Shown here piece after piece: positions 9,920 through 19,936 of a stretch of 64,000 nt of DNA. The stretch is from Demequina sp. (GTDB taxonomy: Bacteria > Actinomycetota > Actinomycetes > Actinomycetales > Demequinaceae), in contig NZ_JADQBF010000028.1 in the NCBI RefSeq assembly GCF_016278775.1, forward strand, positions 13,579 through 77,578, given 5' to 3'. A model generated the notes under the pieces. The model saw nothing but the letters and a program-made list of their open reading frames with translations, had not been told where the DNA came from and made no database searches. Position numbers and translations under genes: made by a program. How positions within the stretch are numbered: position 1 is the stretch's first letter; every line of letters begins with the position of its first letter.

Positions 9920-12481
9920 ATGTCAAGCGACGAGTACCGTCCCCCGTGGTTGCCGGTGAACCCCGTGCCGGAACCTGCGGAGACCAGCGAAAACACGCCG
10001 GAGGCAGCGACGGACGACGCCGAGACGGCACCTTCACCCGAGCCCACGGTGCCGTTTGCCCCCGAGCAACCCTTCACACAGGAGCCCGCCGCGCCGTTTG
10101 CACCCGAACCCGCCGCGCCGTTTGCACCCGAACCCGCCGCGCCGTTTGCGCGGGAGGAACCGGCACCCTTCGCCCCCACGCCCGAGGAACCCTTCACACC
10201 GGAGGCATCCGCACCCTTCGCCCCCACGCCCGAGGAACCCTTCACACCGGAGGCATCCGCGCCCTCCGACGCCCTTGAGGCGTCCGAGGCCCATCGGAAC
10301 GCGGTCGAGTGGAACGCACTTGAGCGCGAGGTCACCACGGACCAGCCGCCCCCTTCGCCCGAACCCAGCGCACCTCCTTCACAGGAGCCTCAGCAGGCGA
10401 CGCCGTACTCGCCGTTCGGTGACTCGCGTTCCCCCGAACCCCGCGCGGAACCGACGCCCTTCGAGGAGCCGGTGACGCCATTTGCACCCGAGGTCGCGGC
10501 GCCCGCAGAAGCGCCATCGCCCTTCGAGGCCCCCGAGCCTGAGTCCGCGTCGAGCCCGTCGCCCAGCGCGGCGGCGGCCTTCTTCAGTGCTCAACGCGAG
10601 GTTGCCGCTCGGCTCGACACCGCTGGCGATGACTCGCAACCGCGCGAGGAATCTGCGCAAGAGGCTCCGCCCCCGCAGCAACCCCCCGCGACCCCGATGA
10701 GCCCATATCTGAGCGGCACGCGACCTCAGACGGATCACCGCGACTACGAGCCCCCTGCTGACACCGACGCACAAGACGCGTGGGCGCCCACCACCCCCGT
10801 GAGAGCTCCTATCTTGGGAGCCGCACCCACGGCGAGGCCAGACGACCTCACTCCCACCAAGCCCCAGATGCCGCAGAGCGCCTACACGGCGGCACGTCCT
10901 GCCGAGGCCGAACCGGGATCCTCACCGGAACCGGAACCGGAGCCGGAACCCTCGCCCGGCGCGCGCGACGTACCCACGCCTATCGAGGCCGATGAGGCAG
11001 AGATCATCGCCCCCATCCTCCCGCCGCCTGCGTCGGAGATCCTTCCGCGGGCGGGCGAAGAGGAGCACGACGCCGGTCCGACCGAGTCACCCAGCACGCC
11101 TTCGAGGTCCCCTGGCTCCCCTGACACGCCGGACGCCACACAGTTCTCCCCCGCACCAGCGGACTCCGTCAGGCAACTCGGTGCCTCGGCGCTGTCGAAT
11201 GCGAGCCTGCAAGCCGCAGGGGCGCCCACACCCATGGGTGGCGTCCCGCGGGCCGACGACAACAGCGACTCATTCCCTGAGTTCGGCGAAGAGGAACCGT
11301 TCGTGCCGCGCTTTGAGGCACCCGCACGGGAAGATCCACCCCAGACTCCCTCGGTGAGTTTCGCCGCGCCCACGCCGCGACCGCTGCCTCCCCTGTCGAA
11401 CTTTGACGTTCCAGAGACGGACGAGCCCGCGTACACGCCACGAGTGGAACTGAGTGCCTCGCCGCCAGACGGTGCTGGCCCCACGCGGACTCCACTAGGA
11501 CACGAGTCACCGGGGGAGCCAGATGCGGCGGCCTCCACGCCAACGCCGGAGGACCCGCCGACGCCCGCGCGCCCTTGGGCGGCCGTCAACACCAACGATG
11601 TGGAGTTTGCGGCTCCGACCATTCTTCCCGGGGTCGGGCTAGAGGCCGCGAAGCTGGACGGTGCGAGGTCGGACACGACCTCGGCGCCTACAGACGACTC
11701 CCCCTCCAGGTCGGCAGAGCCGACCTCGGCCAGAAGCCCGATCGTGCCTCGCCGTGCCGTAGGCGACATGCCGTCAGGAGAGGTGCCACGCGCCGACCCA
11801 CCGGAGGGGGAGACTCCGTTCGACGTTGACTCCAGCACCGGCACTGACCGTGACGCCCAAGACGGCGCCAGCGGCTCGGCGGACGAGCATGATGTGGCGG
11901 CCGCCAGTCCGCGGCGTGGCAAGCGGTGGATCTGGTGGTTGATCCTGGGGATCGTGATTGCGGCGGCCGCCGGCATCCTCGTCTACCGCATGTTCCTCCT
12001 TCCCGAACCGATCACCTTGCCGGTTCCGACGATCACAGCGTCTCCCGCTGCACCGGTGAGCGAGCCGATCACGATCGAGGATCCGAGCGACTTTGTAGCG
12101 GCGCTACCCGATACGGTGCGGACGGACGTGTTGGTGGCTCACGAGAGCATCGACCCGGTGACCGAGCCGTCGCTGCCCGCGCGGGTAGCCGAGCACCACA
12201 CGCTCGGCTATGGGTCCGGCCCGGACGATGGCAGGCCAGACTTTGTCGTGGACGCGTATCAGCACTACAACGTCGACGACGCGCAGGTGGCGTATGAGTC
12301 CTACGCGGAGGGCGCCACCGACGTGGAGCCTGTGCTTGTTGACGACGAGCAAGTAGGCGAGCGGGCTCTGTTCGCGAAGCCAGCGACCAGCACGCTCGTG
12401 TGGCGCAACGTCACTGCGGTGTTCGTGCTCACCGGCCCGGCCGACGAAGTGCTGGACTTCTACGAGCACTACGGGGTCTAG
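9920..12481 (+). CDS. Pro/Glu/Ala-rich low-complexity membrane protein
   Basis: 853 aa; long acidic Pro-rich region, single TM (WIWWLILGIVIAAAAGILVY), globular C-terminal domain. Confidence 0.75.
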   Translation: MSSDEYRPPWLPVNPVPEPAETSENTPEAATDDAETAPSPEPTVPFAPEQPFTQEPAAPFAPEPAAPFAPEPAAPFAREEPAPFAPTPEEPFTPEASAPFAPTPEEPFTPEASAPSDALEASEAHRNAVEWNALEREVTTDQPPPSPEPSAPPSQEPQQATPYSPFGDSRSPEPRAEPTPFEEPVTPFAPEVAAPAEAPSPFEAPEPESASSPSPSAAAAFFSAQREVAARLDTAGDDSQPREESAQEAPPPQQPPATPMSPYLSGTRPQTDHRDYEPPADTDAQDAWAPTTPVRAPILGAAPTARPDDLTPTKPQMPQSAYTAARPAEAEPGSSPEPEPEPEPSPGARDVPTPIEADEAEIIAPILPPPASEILPRAGEEEHDAGPTESPSTPSRSPGSPDTPDATQFSPAPADSVRQLGASALSNASLQAAGAPTPMGGVPRADDNSDSFPEFGEEEPFVPRFEAPAREDPPQTPSVSFAAPTPRPLPPLSNFDVPETDEPAYTPRVELSASPPDGAGPTRTPLGHESPGEPDAAASTPTPEDPPTPARPWAAVNTNDVEFAAPTILPGVGLEAAKLDGARSDTTSAPTDDSPSRSAEPTSARSPIVPRRAVGDMPSGEVPRADPPEGETPFDVDSSTGTDRDAQDGASGSADEHDVAAASPRRGKRWIWWLILGIVIAAAAGILVYRMFLLPEPITLPVPTITASPAAPVSEPITIEDPSDFVAALPDTVRTDVLVAHESIDPVTEPSLPARVAEHHTLGYGSGPDDGRPDFVVDAYQHYNVDDAQVAYESYAEGATDVEPVLVDDEQVGERALFAKPATSTLVWRNVTAVFVLTGPADEVLDFYEHYGV
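10085..10258 (+). repeat. In-frame tandem repeats: 24-bp unit (~2.7 copies) then 48-bp unit (2 copies)
   Basis: CCCGCCGCGCCGTTTGCACCCGAA at 10085, 10109 and partial at 10133; GCACCCTTCGCCCCCACGCCCGAGGAACCCTTCACACCGGAGGCATCC at 10163 and 10211. Confidence 0.95.
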
Positions 12482-12483
12482 CC

Positions 12484-13083
12484 GTGGCCCGCTCCGGCGG
12501 CAAACGGGGCCCGCGCCCCGGGGGCCCCGATACCCGCGCCGAGATTCTGGCGGCCGCTGGTGACGTGTTCTCGAGGGACGGCTACGGGCGCGGTTCTGTC
12601 CGCGCCGTGGCCAGGGCGGCTGGGGTGGACCCGGCGCTGGTGCGCCACTACTTCGCCTCGAAGAGCGTGTTGTTCTTTGAGGCGATGAGACCCCCCATCG
12701 ACCTTGGCGCCCACGCTGCGCGCATCGCGCAGGGGGACCCCGCATTGGTGGGCAACCGGGTCATGACGTTCTTTGTGGAGTTGTGGGAAGACCCAGTGCG
12801 CGGGCCCCGCGTGATCGCCCTGATGCGTGCCGCGCTCGACTATCCGGAGGTCGCAGAGTTTGTGCGCAAACTGGTCATCGAGGGAGTCGTCATTCGTGTC
12901 GCCACAGAGGTGGGGGCGAAGGACCCGGCGCGGGCGGCGGCGACGGCGGCCTCTCAAGTGTTTGGCCTTGCGATGTTGAGGCACTCAGCGAAGGTTGAGC
13001 CCCTCGCATCGGAGTCGGCGGACTCTCTTGTCGAGCGGTTCGGCCCAATCGTCACGCGGCTGCTGCGAGAAGACACCGCCTAG
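12484..13083 (+). CDS. TetR family transcriptional regulator
   Basis: RGPRPGGPDTRAEILAAA..GSVRAVARAAGVDPALVRHYFASK HTH. Confidence 0.92.
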   Translation: MARSGGKRGPRPGGPDTRAEILAAAGDVFSRDGYGRGSVRAVARAAGVDPALVRHYFASKSVLFFEAMRPPIDLGAHAARIAQGDPALVGNRVMTFFVELWEDPVRGPRVIALMRAALDYPEVAEFVRKLVIEGVVIRVATEVGAKDPARAAATAASQVFGLAMLRHSAKVEPLASESADSLVERFGPIVTRLLREDTA

Positions 13084-13086
13084 CGG

Positions 13087-13683
13087 TCAGCCCTCACTTC
13101 CGAGCCCTTGCTCGAGTCGCACGAGCCCCCGCTGAACCGAGGCGCGAAGAGTCCGAGTAGCGTCACCGTCGCCGATGCCCGCCGCGTTGAGACCGGAAGT
13201 CACAATCCCGAAGAGGGCGCCCACGACCAGCCTCACCGCCTCGACGTCCTCGTCGTCAGGCTCCGGGACCGCCTCGAGAACCTTGTCCCCGACGGCGGAC
13301 CACATCTGCCACTGTGCTGCCCGCACGAATGGCACGAGTTGTGGGTACTCCGTTGCGAGGGCGGCCACCTCGGCAAGTTGCCTCAGCACCCCGCTCTTGA
13401 CCTGGTGTTCCACAAGACTCCTGGCGAGCTCGAGCACGCCAGCCGATTCCGGCGGATCCCACGCGGCGAGACCCGCTTCAACACTATGCACGACGACCGC
13501 CGCGACGGCGGCTTCCTTGCACGGGTAGTAATTGGAGAAGGTGCGCCTCGACACCTCCGCCTCAGCGACGATGCCCTCCACGGTGACCCTACCGAGCCCC
13601 TGCTCGCGAACCTGCTCGAACGCGATGCGGGCGAGCCGGCGCGCGACCGCAGCCCGTTTCACGTCTCGGAGGCCAGGAGTCAC
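13087..13683 (-). CDS. TetR family transcriptional regulator
   Basis: GLRDVKRAAV..VTVEGIVAEAEVSRRTFSNYYPCKE HTH; directly downstream of the MMPL gene. Confidence 0.9.
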   Translation of the reverse strand: MTPGLRDVKRAAVARRLARIAFEQVREQGLGRVTVEGIVAEAEVSRRTFSNYYPCKEAAVAAVVVHSVEAGLAAWDPPESAGVLELARSLVEHQVKSGVLRQLAEVAALATEYPQLVPFVRAAQWQMWSAVGDKVLEAVPEPDDEDVEAVRLVVGALFGIVTSGLNAAGIGDGDATRTLRASVQRGLVRLEQGLGSEG

Positions 13684-13695
13684 GACGCCAGTCTT

Positions 13696-16365
13696 TCACG
13701 ACGGCGTGGGGGCACCGGCGTCGCCGTCAGGGCCTCGATGGGGGGAGATAGTCGCATCGAGCCGTGTTCCCTCAAGGTCCAGGTTGGGCAGGAAACGACC
13801 CAGCCACTGGGGCAACCACCACGCGCGGTCGCCCGCAAGGTGCAGGACCGCGGGAATGAGCGTCATGCGGATGAGGAACGCGTCGATGAGAATTCCGATG
13901 GACAGCGCGAAGCCGAACTGGCGAATCATCGCGTCTTCGCTGAGCACGAAGCCAGCGAACACAGACACCATGATGATCGCGGCCGCCATCACGACACGGC
14001 TGGCGTGGTGGAACCCGTCGACCACGGCCTTCTGGGCAGACTCGCCGTGGACGTAGGCCTCGCGGATCGATGTGCCGAGGAATACCTGATAGTCCATGGC
14101 CAGCCCGTAGAGGATTCCGGTCGCCATGATGGGGAGGAAGCTCAGCACCGGACCCGCACGATCCATACCGACAAGCCACGTGAAGTCAGGGTTGCCGAAT
14201 GCGGTCACCACCAGCCCCATGGTGGCGCCGATGGACAGGAGGAACCCACCCGTGGCCGCCAACGGGACCACGAGGGACCGGAAGACGAGGAGCAAGATCG
14301 CGAGCGACAGCAGGACTACCAGCGCCACGTAGACAGGAATGGCGCTCCTCAACGACTCGGAAAGGTCGATGTTGATCGCAGTCAACCCCGTCACGCCGAC
14401 CTCCTCCACGCCGGCGATGTCGCCGCCACGAACGGCGTGGACCAGGTCTGCCGTATCGGTGGCGGTCGGTCCCCCGTCGGGGACAACGGTGAACAGAACC
14501 AGGGCTTTGTCTTCCGAAGTGCCCATGAGTTGGACGTTGGAAACGGAATCGTGACCGGCGAGCTCCTGTTGCCACGCCTCGAGGCGATCCTGATCCACGG
14601 CGTCGGGATCTGTCGGAGTCAATGCCACAACGAGCGGCGCGTTGGCGCCCTCCCCGAGGGCGTCGCCTACAGCGTCGTACGCCGTCCGTTGCTCCGACCC
14701 GAGAGCGGCGACCGAGCCGGACGGCATCCCCAGCTCCATATCGCTTGCGGGGATCGCTAGACCGCCGAGCGTGACCGCGACCAGCACGATGGTCAAGATC
14801 GGTCGGGCTGTGACGGCGGTGATCCACCGCTGGGCTGCGCGACCGAACCGCGAGTGTTCTCGCTGCGGTGGGGCAGGGGCCTGCCGCTTGGCCACGGCAG
14901 GCCGACGCCGCGTGCGCCCGATCAACCCCAGCAAGGCTGGCAGCGCGGTCAGCGCCAATGCCACGGCGAGCATGACGGTAACTGCCGCGGTCACCGCCAT
15001 CGTCGAGACGAAGCCCATCCCCAGCGTGAGCAGGCCAAGGAGCGCGATGATGACGGTCCCGCCCGCAAACAGGACCGCCCCTCCGGCGGTCGCGATTGCG
15101 CGCGCGGTGGACTCGATCGTGTCGAGTCCAAAGTGCACCTGCAACGAACGCTGCTTGTGCACGATGAACAAGGCGTAGTCGATCCCCACGGCAAGGCCCA
15201 GCATCAGACCCAGCGCCGGGGTGGACGTGGTCATCTCGAAGTTCGCCGAGAGGGAATACGCTCCACCGACGCCGATGAATACGCCCACCAGCGCGAGCAG
15301 GACAGGCAGTCCGGCCAGGATGAGCGAGCCGAGAGTGATGATCAGAACCACCGCTGCGACGACAAGTCCGATGGCCTCGGTTCCGCCGATCGGCGCCTCC
15401 TCAGGGTGGAGTGAACTGCTCGCCGAGACAGTGAGCCCGTCGTCCGCGACCACCGTGTCGATCGAGGTGAGCAGGTCGTCGAGGCTCCCTGCGGGAAGGT
15501 CGGACAGCTGCTCGGTGAACTGAATGGAGGCGATGGCAGCCGTTCCATCGTCTGCGACGAGTACCGATGGGCGCACGCCGTCGGAGGTCACGAGCTCTGT
15601 GCCGCGAGGTGACGTGCCGCGCATCAGGGAGTCGAGCCTGCCCAGCGCGTCCGCCGTCGCGGTCGCCACCGCGGCGTCGACGGCGGCTGCGGGATCTGTC
15701 ACCCCATCCTCAGGAGCGGGTAGCGCGCCGAGGTCAATGCCGACGCTGCTCAAGTCAGCCTGCAGCCGAAGGACGTCGGCGAAGAGCTCGGCCGAACCGC
15801 CAATGAGTTCAGTGTCTGATGCAGCCAGGAGTGCGCGTGCGGTGGTGCCGATCTCCTCGACTCGAGCCGCGAACTGGGCAACCTGTTGACGCGGAGCGGC
15901 GGCTCCATCGACAGGGAGGCCCCCGTCGAGGGTTTCGAGCAGGTCCTCGATTTGCGCGGTGACATCGTCGGCCACGCGTGACTCTACGTTCTCGCGGACA
16001 GTGGCTTCGACGTCGGCCTGTTGCGCGAGCAAACGCGCGTCACGGTCGAGAACGAGGCCGCTTTCGGTAGCCGTGTCAAGCGCGCGGCCGATCGCATCGG
16101 CGCGCTCTGGGGTATCGACAAGGCCCCCGTCTGTCGCGTGGAAGACGAGGGTGCCCTGGGTGCCCCCCGCCTCTGGAAGGGCTTCCGTGACATCGTCCAA
16201 CACCTGCTGGGCCGGGGCGTCGTCAAGGGTGAGGTTCGTGGAAATCGAGGTGCTCTGCGTCGCGAGCAAAGCGACCACCGCGAGGATGACGAGGAGCCAG
16301 GACAACAGTGGCACCAGGGGCCGCAGGGCGGCTCGCCTGCCCAGGCGATAGAGGAATGCGGACAT
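13696..16365 (-). CDS. MMPL/RND family transporter
   Basis: MSAFLYRLGRR start, GLAVGIDYALFI and GLAMDYQVFL motifs, two TM clusters. Confidence 0.93.
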   Translation of the reverse strand: MSAFLYRLGRRAALRPLVPLLSWLLVILAVVALLATQSTSISTNLTLDDAPAQQVLDDVTEALPEAGGTQGTLVFHATDGGLVDTPERADAIGRALDTATESGLVLDRDARLLAQQADVEATVRENVESRVADDVTAQIEDLLETLDGGLPVDGAAAPRQQVAQFAARVEEIGTTARALLAASDTELIGGSAELFADVLRLQADLSSVGIDLGALPAPEDGVTDPAAAVDAAVATATADALGRLDSLMRGTSPRGTELVTSDGVRPSVLVADDGTAAIASIQFTEQLSDLPAGSLDDLLTSIDTVVADDGLTVSASSSLHPEEAPIGGTEAIGLVVAAVVLIITLGSLILAGLPVLLALVGVFIGVGGAYSLSANFEMTTSTPALGLMLGLAVGIDYALFIVHKQRSLQVHFGLDTIESTARAIATAGGAVLFAGGTVIIALLGLLTLGMGFVSTMAVTAAVTVMLAVALALTALPALLGLIGRTRRRPAVAKRQAPAPPQREHSRFGRAAQRWITAVTARPILTIVLVAVTLGGLAIPASDMELGMPSGSVAALGSEQRTAYDAVGDALGEGANAPLVVALTPTDPDAVDQDRLEAWQQELAGHDSVSNVQLMGTSEDKALVLFTVVPDGGPTATDTADLVHAVRGGDIAGVEEVGVTGLTAINIDLSESLRSAIPVYVALVVLLSLAILLLVFRSLVVPLAATGGFLLSIGATMGLVVTAFGNPDFTWLVGMDRAGPVLSFLPIMATGILYGLAMDYQVFLGTSIREAYVHGESAQKAVVDGFHHASRVVMAAAIIMVSVFAGFVLSEDAMIRQFGFALSIGILIDAFLIRMTLIPAVLHLAGDRAWWLPQWLGRFLPNLDLEGTRLDATISPHRGPDGDAGAPTPS

Positions 16366-16416
16366 GGGGAATGCCTTTGGTCGGGGATCAGGGGCAGACG
16401 CCACCCTAGGCCCTTT

Positions 16417-16448
16417 TTGCGCATTGCGCAATTTTGCCCATTGAGCAT
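16417..16448. promoter_or_regulatory. Putative TetR operator pair upstream of mmpL-tetR
   Basis: Perfect palindrome TTGCGCA-T-TGCGCAA (16417-16431) and degenerate copy TTGCCCA-T-TGAGCAT (16434-16448). Confidence 0.65.
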
Positions 16449-16492
16449 GTTACGGGCGTGGGGCGCGAGCGGTCCCGCTCGTCACCCAGCGG

Positions 16493-16521
16493 TTGACAGG
16501 CGCGCCACGCGAGAGCATAAT
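16493..16521 (+). promoter_or_regulatory. Sigma-A-type promoter, leaderless transcript of ABC operon
   Basis: TTGACA-N17-CATAAT followed by 7 nt and ATG 16529. Confidence 0.75.
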
Positions 16522-16528
16522 TCCCCGT

Positions 16529-17260
16529 ATGAGGAATAACGCCCCTGAGGGAGCCGCCATTTCGATCCGCGCGCTCCACGTGATCCGCGGCGGCAACGAG
16601 GTCCTACCGCACATCGACCTGGACGTCCCACGCGGCCAGATCGTCGGCCTGCTCGGCCCCTCCGGCGGCGGCAAGACCACCCTGATGCGTGCCATCGTCG
16701 GCGCCCAGATCGTGGCAGGCGGATCGGTGGAGGTGCTCGGCCATCCGGCTGGCTCCGCCGTGCTACGCAGCCGCATCGGCTACGTCACCCAGGCGCCGTC
16801 GATCTACCCCGACCTCACCGCGCGGGAGAACCTCGCCTACTTTGCCAGGACGGTGGGCGAGGGGGCAGATGCCGTCGCCACCACGCTCCACCACATCGGC
16901 CTCGCCGACGCCGCAGACCGCCCCGTGAGCACCCTGTCGGGCGGCCAGGAGTCGCGAGTGTCGCTTGGCGCCGCGCTCGTCGGCGACCCAGAACTTCTCG
17001 TACTCGACGAGCCCACCGTCGGCCTCGACCCCGCCCTGCGGCGCGACCTGTGGGGCCTCTTCCACGAACTACGGGACGCTGGAAAGACCCTGCTGGTGAG
17101 TTCCCACGTCATGGACGAGGCGAGCCGCTGCGACAGGCTCGTCTTCATCCGCGACGGCGCCATCCTCGCCGACGACACCTTTGAGAGCATCCTGGCCGAC
17201 ACCGGCACCGACAACGCCGATGCCGCCTTCCTGGCGCTCACAGACAGGAGGGCAGCATGA
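16529..17260 (+). CDS. ABC transporter ATP-binding protein (multidrug ABC-2 type)
   Basis: GPSGGGKT Walker A, LSGGQ signature, LLVLDEPT Walker B. Confidence 0.93.
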   Translation: MRNNAPEGAAISIRALHVIRGGNEVLPHIDLDVPRGQIVGLLGPSGGGKTTLMRAIVGAQIVAGGSVEVLGHPAGSAVLRSRIGYVTQAPSIYPDLTARENLAYFARTVGEGADAVATTLHHIGLADAADRPVSTLSGGQESRVSLGAALVGDPELLVLDEPTVGLDPALRRDLWGLFHELRDAGKTLLVSSHVMDEASRCDRLVFIRDGAILADDTFESILADTGTDNADAAFLALTDRRAA

Positions 17261-18003
17261 ACCTCGCGCTGACTTGGAACACCGCCAAGCGGGTTCTCAC
17301 TCAACTACGCCGTGACCCGCGCACGCTCGCCATGCTCATCGTCCTGCCCACCGGACTCACGTGGTTGCTGCAGTACATTTTCTCCGAGTCGCCGGTGCCG
17401 CCCACGGGGCCGATCTTCAACACCATCGGCCCGCGCATCATGGGCCTGTTCCCCCTGATCCTCATGTTCATCATCACGTCGATCACGATGCTTCGCGAGC
17501 GCCAGTCGGGCACGCTCGAGCGGCTCATGGTGGGGCCCACTGGCAAGGCAGACGTGATTCTCGGCTATGCACTCGCGTTCGGGTTGGTCGCGACGGTGCA
17601 GGCCATCGCGATGACCGCGTGGTCAGTGTGGCCGCTCGGGCTCGAGATCCCGACGGGACTGTGGCGGCTTGGGCTCGTGATGGTGCTGGATGCGCTCGTA
17701 GGCACAGCTCTGGGCCTGCTCGCCTCCGCAGTGGCGCGCACCGAGTTCCAGGCGGTCCAGATGATGCCGATGGTGATCATCCCGCAGCTGCTGCTGGCCG
17801 GGCTGTTCGTGAACAGGAGCGACATGCCGGTCGCGCTCGAGTACGTCTCGGACGTGCTCCCCGTCAGCTACTCGATTGACGCGGTCAACGACATTCTCGC
17901 TGGCAACGGCGACGGCATCTGGGTTCCCGTCGCGATCCTGGTGGCGTTCATCGCCGGTTCGCTAGTGCTGGGCGCGATGACGCTGCGCCGCCGTACCGAC
18001 TGA
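17257..18003 (+). CDS. ABC-2 type permease
   Basis: QLRRDPRTL, RERQSGTLERL motifs, six TM segments; ATGA overlap with the ATPase gene. Confidence 0.92.
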   Translation: MNLALTWNTAKRVLTQLRRDPRTLAMLIVLPTGLTWLLQYIFSESPVPPTGPIFNTIGPRIMGLFPLILMFIITSITMLRERQSGTLERLMVGPTGKADVILGYALAFGLVATVQAIAMTAWSVWPLGLEIPTGLWRLGLVMVLDALVGTALGLLASAVARTEFQAVQMMPMVIIPQLLLAGLFVNRSDMPVALEYVSDVLPVSYSIDAVNDILAGNGDGIWVPVAILVAFIAGSLVLGAMTLRRRTD

Positions 18004-18044
18004 CCGGCGGCACATCCCCCAGCGACCACCGATAGCCTGGAGGC

Positions 18045-18884
18045 ATGACTGACATCGCACCTGCATCATCGTCCACAGTCGCCGTCATCGGCGGCGGAGT
18101 CATGGGCGGCGCCATCGCGGCCGCCGTGCGCGCGGGTGGTTGGCCAGCCGACGCGGTGACCGTAGCGGACAAGAACACCGAGACGCTCGCGGACCTCGCG
18201 GCCGCGCACGGCCTAGTCACCACCACCGACCTGGCCGAGGCTGCCCGGGGCGCGGATGTCATCGTGTTCGCCGTCAAACCTCAAGACGCGACGGAGGTAC
18301 TTGCAGAGTTCAGCGAGCACGTGAAGCAGGGCGCGACGCTACTCACCGTCGCGGCCGGGCTCCCCACGTCGTACTACGAGGCGCGCCTGCCCCATGGCAC
18401 CGCGGTGGTGAGGGCCATGCCCAACACGCCCGCCCTCGTCGGCTTCGGCGCCACCGCGATCTCCGCAGGGGCATCGGCCACCGACGCCCATCTCGCCGTC
18501 GCCTCTCGCGTGCTCGCTGGCACCGGTCTGGTGGTCACGGTCGACGAGTCTCAGATCAGCGCGGTGGGCGCGGTGTCCGGTTCTGGCCCGGCGTACTTCT
18601 ACGCCTTTGTCGAGGCGCTGATCGAGTCGGGAATCACGCTGGGTCTAGACCGCGATGTCGCGACGGCACTCGCCAACCAAACCCTCATCGGCGCCGGTCG
18701 GCTCCTGGAAAGCTCTGGGGCCAGCGCCGGCGAACTACGGGCGCGAGTCTCGTCCAAGGGCGGCACCACGCTGGCGGCGCTTGGCGCCATGTCAGACGCG
18801 GGACTGCAGACCGTCGTCGCCGTCGGGCTGTCTGCCGCTGATCGCCGCACGCGTGAACTCGCCGCGGAACTCGCCGGCGAGTAG
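18045..18884 (+). CDS. proC: Pyrroline-5-carboxylate reductase
   Basis: IGGGVMGGA Rossmann motif, FAVKPQD, RAMPNTPA, SGSGPAYF, SSKGGTT. Confidence 0.96.
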   Translation: MTDIAPASSSTVAVIGGGVMGGAIAAAVRAGGWPADAVTVADKNTETLADLAAAHGLVTTTDLAEAARGADVIVFAVKPQDATEVLAEFSEHVKQGATLLTVAAGLPTSYYEARLPHGTAVVRAMPNTPALVGFGATAISAGASATDAHLAVASRVLAGTGLVVTVDESQISAVGAVSGSGPAYFYAFVEALIESGITLGLDRDVATALANQTLIGAGRLLESSGASAGELRARVSSKGGTTLAALGAMSDAGLQTVVAVGLSAADRRTRELAAELAGE

Positions 18885-18895
18885 GCGAACCGCAA

Positions 18896-19936
18896 CTACC
18901 TGCGCCCGAGCGCCTTGCGAACCAAGCGCCCGAGCACGCGGAGCGGGGCGGTCACTCGCCACGACCTCGACGCGAACACGTCATCGAGCAAGGCATCCCG
19001 CCCGAGCAGGCTGGCGATGCGCGCTTCGGCGGCGTCCCGGTAGTCGCTGTAGTCCCTGCCGAGTGGGAGATACGCCAGCGAGGCCTCCTCCAACTGTCGG
19101 GCCTCGATCTGGGTGATGTCGGCGCCGAGCCACGGTGAGCACGGGTGCGGCACCGGGCTGGCGGCGATCTCACCCAACCGCTCGGTCACGCCAGGCCATC
19201 CTTCGCCATCGAGAAACTGGGTGTTGCGCGCCTGCGTGTAGTTGAGCAGCACGCTCGTGGAGCTGCCGTGCTTGGCGTGTTCGATCTTGGCACCTGGAGC
19301 GTGAACCACGCCGTAGCCATGGGCTCGCACGTGCGCACAGAAGGCCAGATCGACATAGTTGAGGGGCCACACGCGCAGGTCCACGCCACCCACGGCGTCC
19401 CACGCGCTGAGCCGTACGAGCGCGCCTGCCCCCGACACCCAGCCGACGTCGCACGGCGCTTCCCGCACCGGAACCGGGGCATCGGCCGTGCTGGGCCAGG
19501 TGAGGGAGGACTGTCCCGCAAGAGTGCGCCCACTATTGAGCGGACGGGTGTTCCCCTCCTGGTCCACCTGCCGCGGCCCCACCATGCCGGCCCCCTGGGA
19601 CGCATCGGCCGCATCCACGAGGGCGTCCAGCCAACCCTCGACCGGCGTCATGTCGTCCTGCCCCCACACCAGGAACTCGCCGTGCGAGTGCGCCCGCGCC
19701 ACGTGCAGGCCACCGGTGTAGCCCAGGTTCGCGCGACGTGGCACCACGGTGATGTCTGCGGGGAGAGTCGCGAGCGCGGGATTGTCCGGTGACACGTCGT
19801 TGATGACGCACACCACGTCAAAGTCCACGTGAGCGTCGTGCTCCCGAAACGCGTCGATGGCGCGCGGGAGTCCCTCCTTGATGCCGAGCGCCACCAGCCC
19901 GATGGTGACTCGACCACTACCTGGCGAGACCAGCAC
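18896..19936 (-). CDS. Glycosyltransferase family 2
   Basis: RRANLGYTGG, GEFLVWGQDD, VGWVSGAGALVR, VGGVD motifs; probable GTG start overlapping the upstream TAG. Confidence 0.8.
   Translation of the reverse strand: MLVSPGSGRVTIGLVALGIKEGLPRAIDAFREHDAHVDFDVVCVINDVSPDNPALATLPADITVVPRRANLGYTGGLHVARAHSHGEFLVWGQDDMTPVEGWLDALVDAADASQGAGMVGPRQVDQEGNTRPLNSGRTLAGQSSLTWPSTADAPVPVREAPCDVGWVSGAGALVRLSAWDAVGGVDLRVWPLNYVDLAFCAHVRAHGYGVVHAPGAKIEHAKHGSSTSVLLNYTQARNTQFLDGEGWPGVTERLGEIAASPVPHPCSPWLGADITQIEARQLEEASLAYLPLGRDYSDYRDAAEARIASLLGRDALLDDVFASRSWRVTAPLRVLGRLVRKALGRR

Noticed and set aside
10085-10258. Tandem repeats considered as a CRISPR array
   Set aside because: No spacers; unit lengths are multiples of 3 inside a coding frame; no cas genes.
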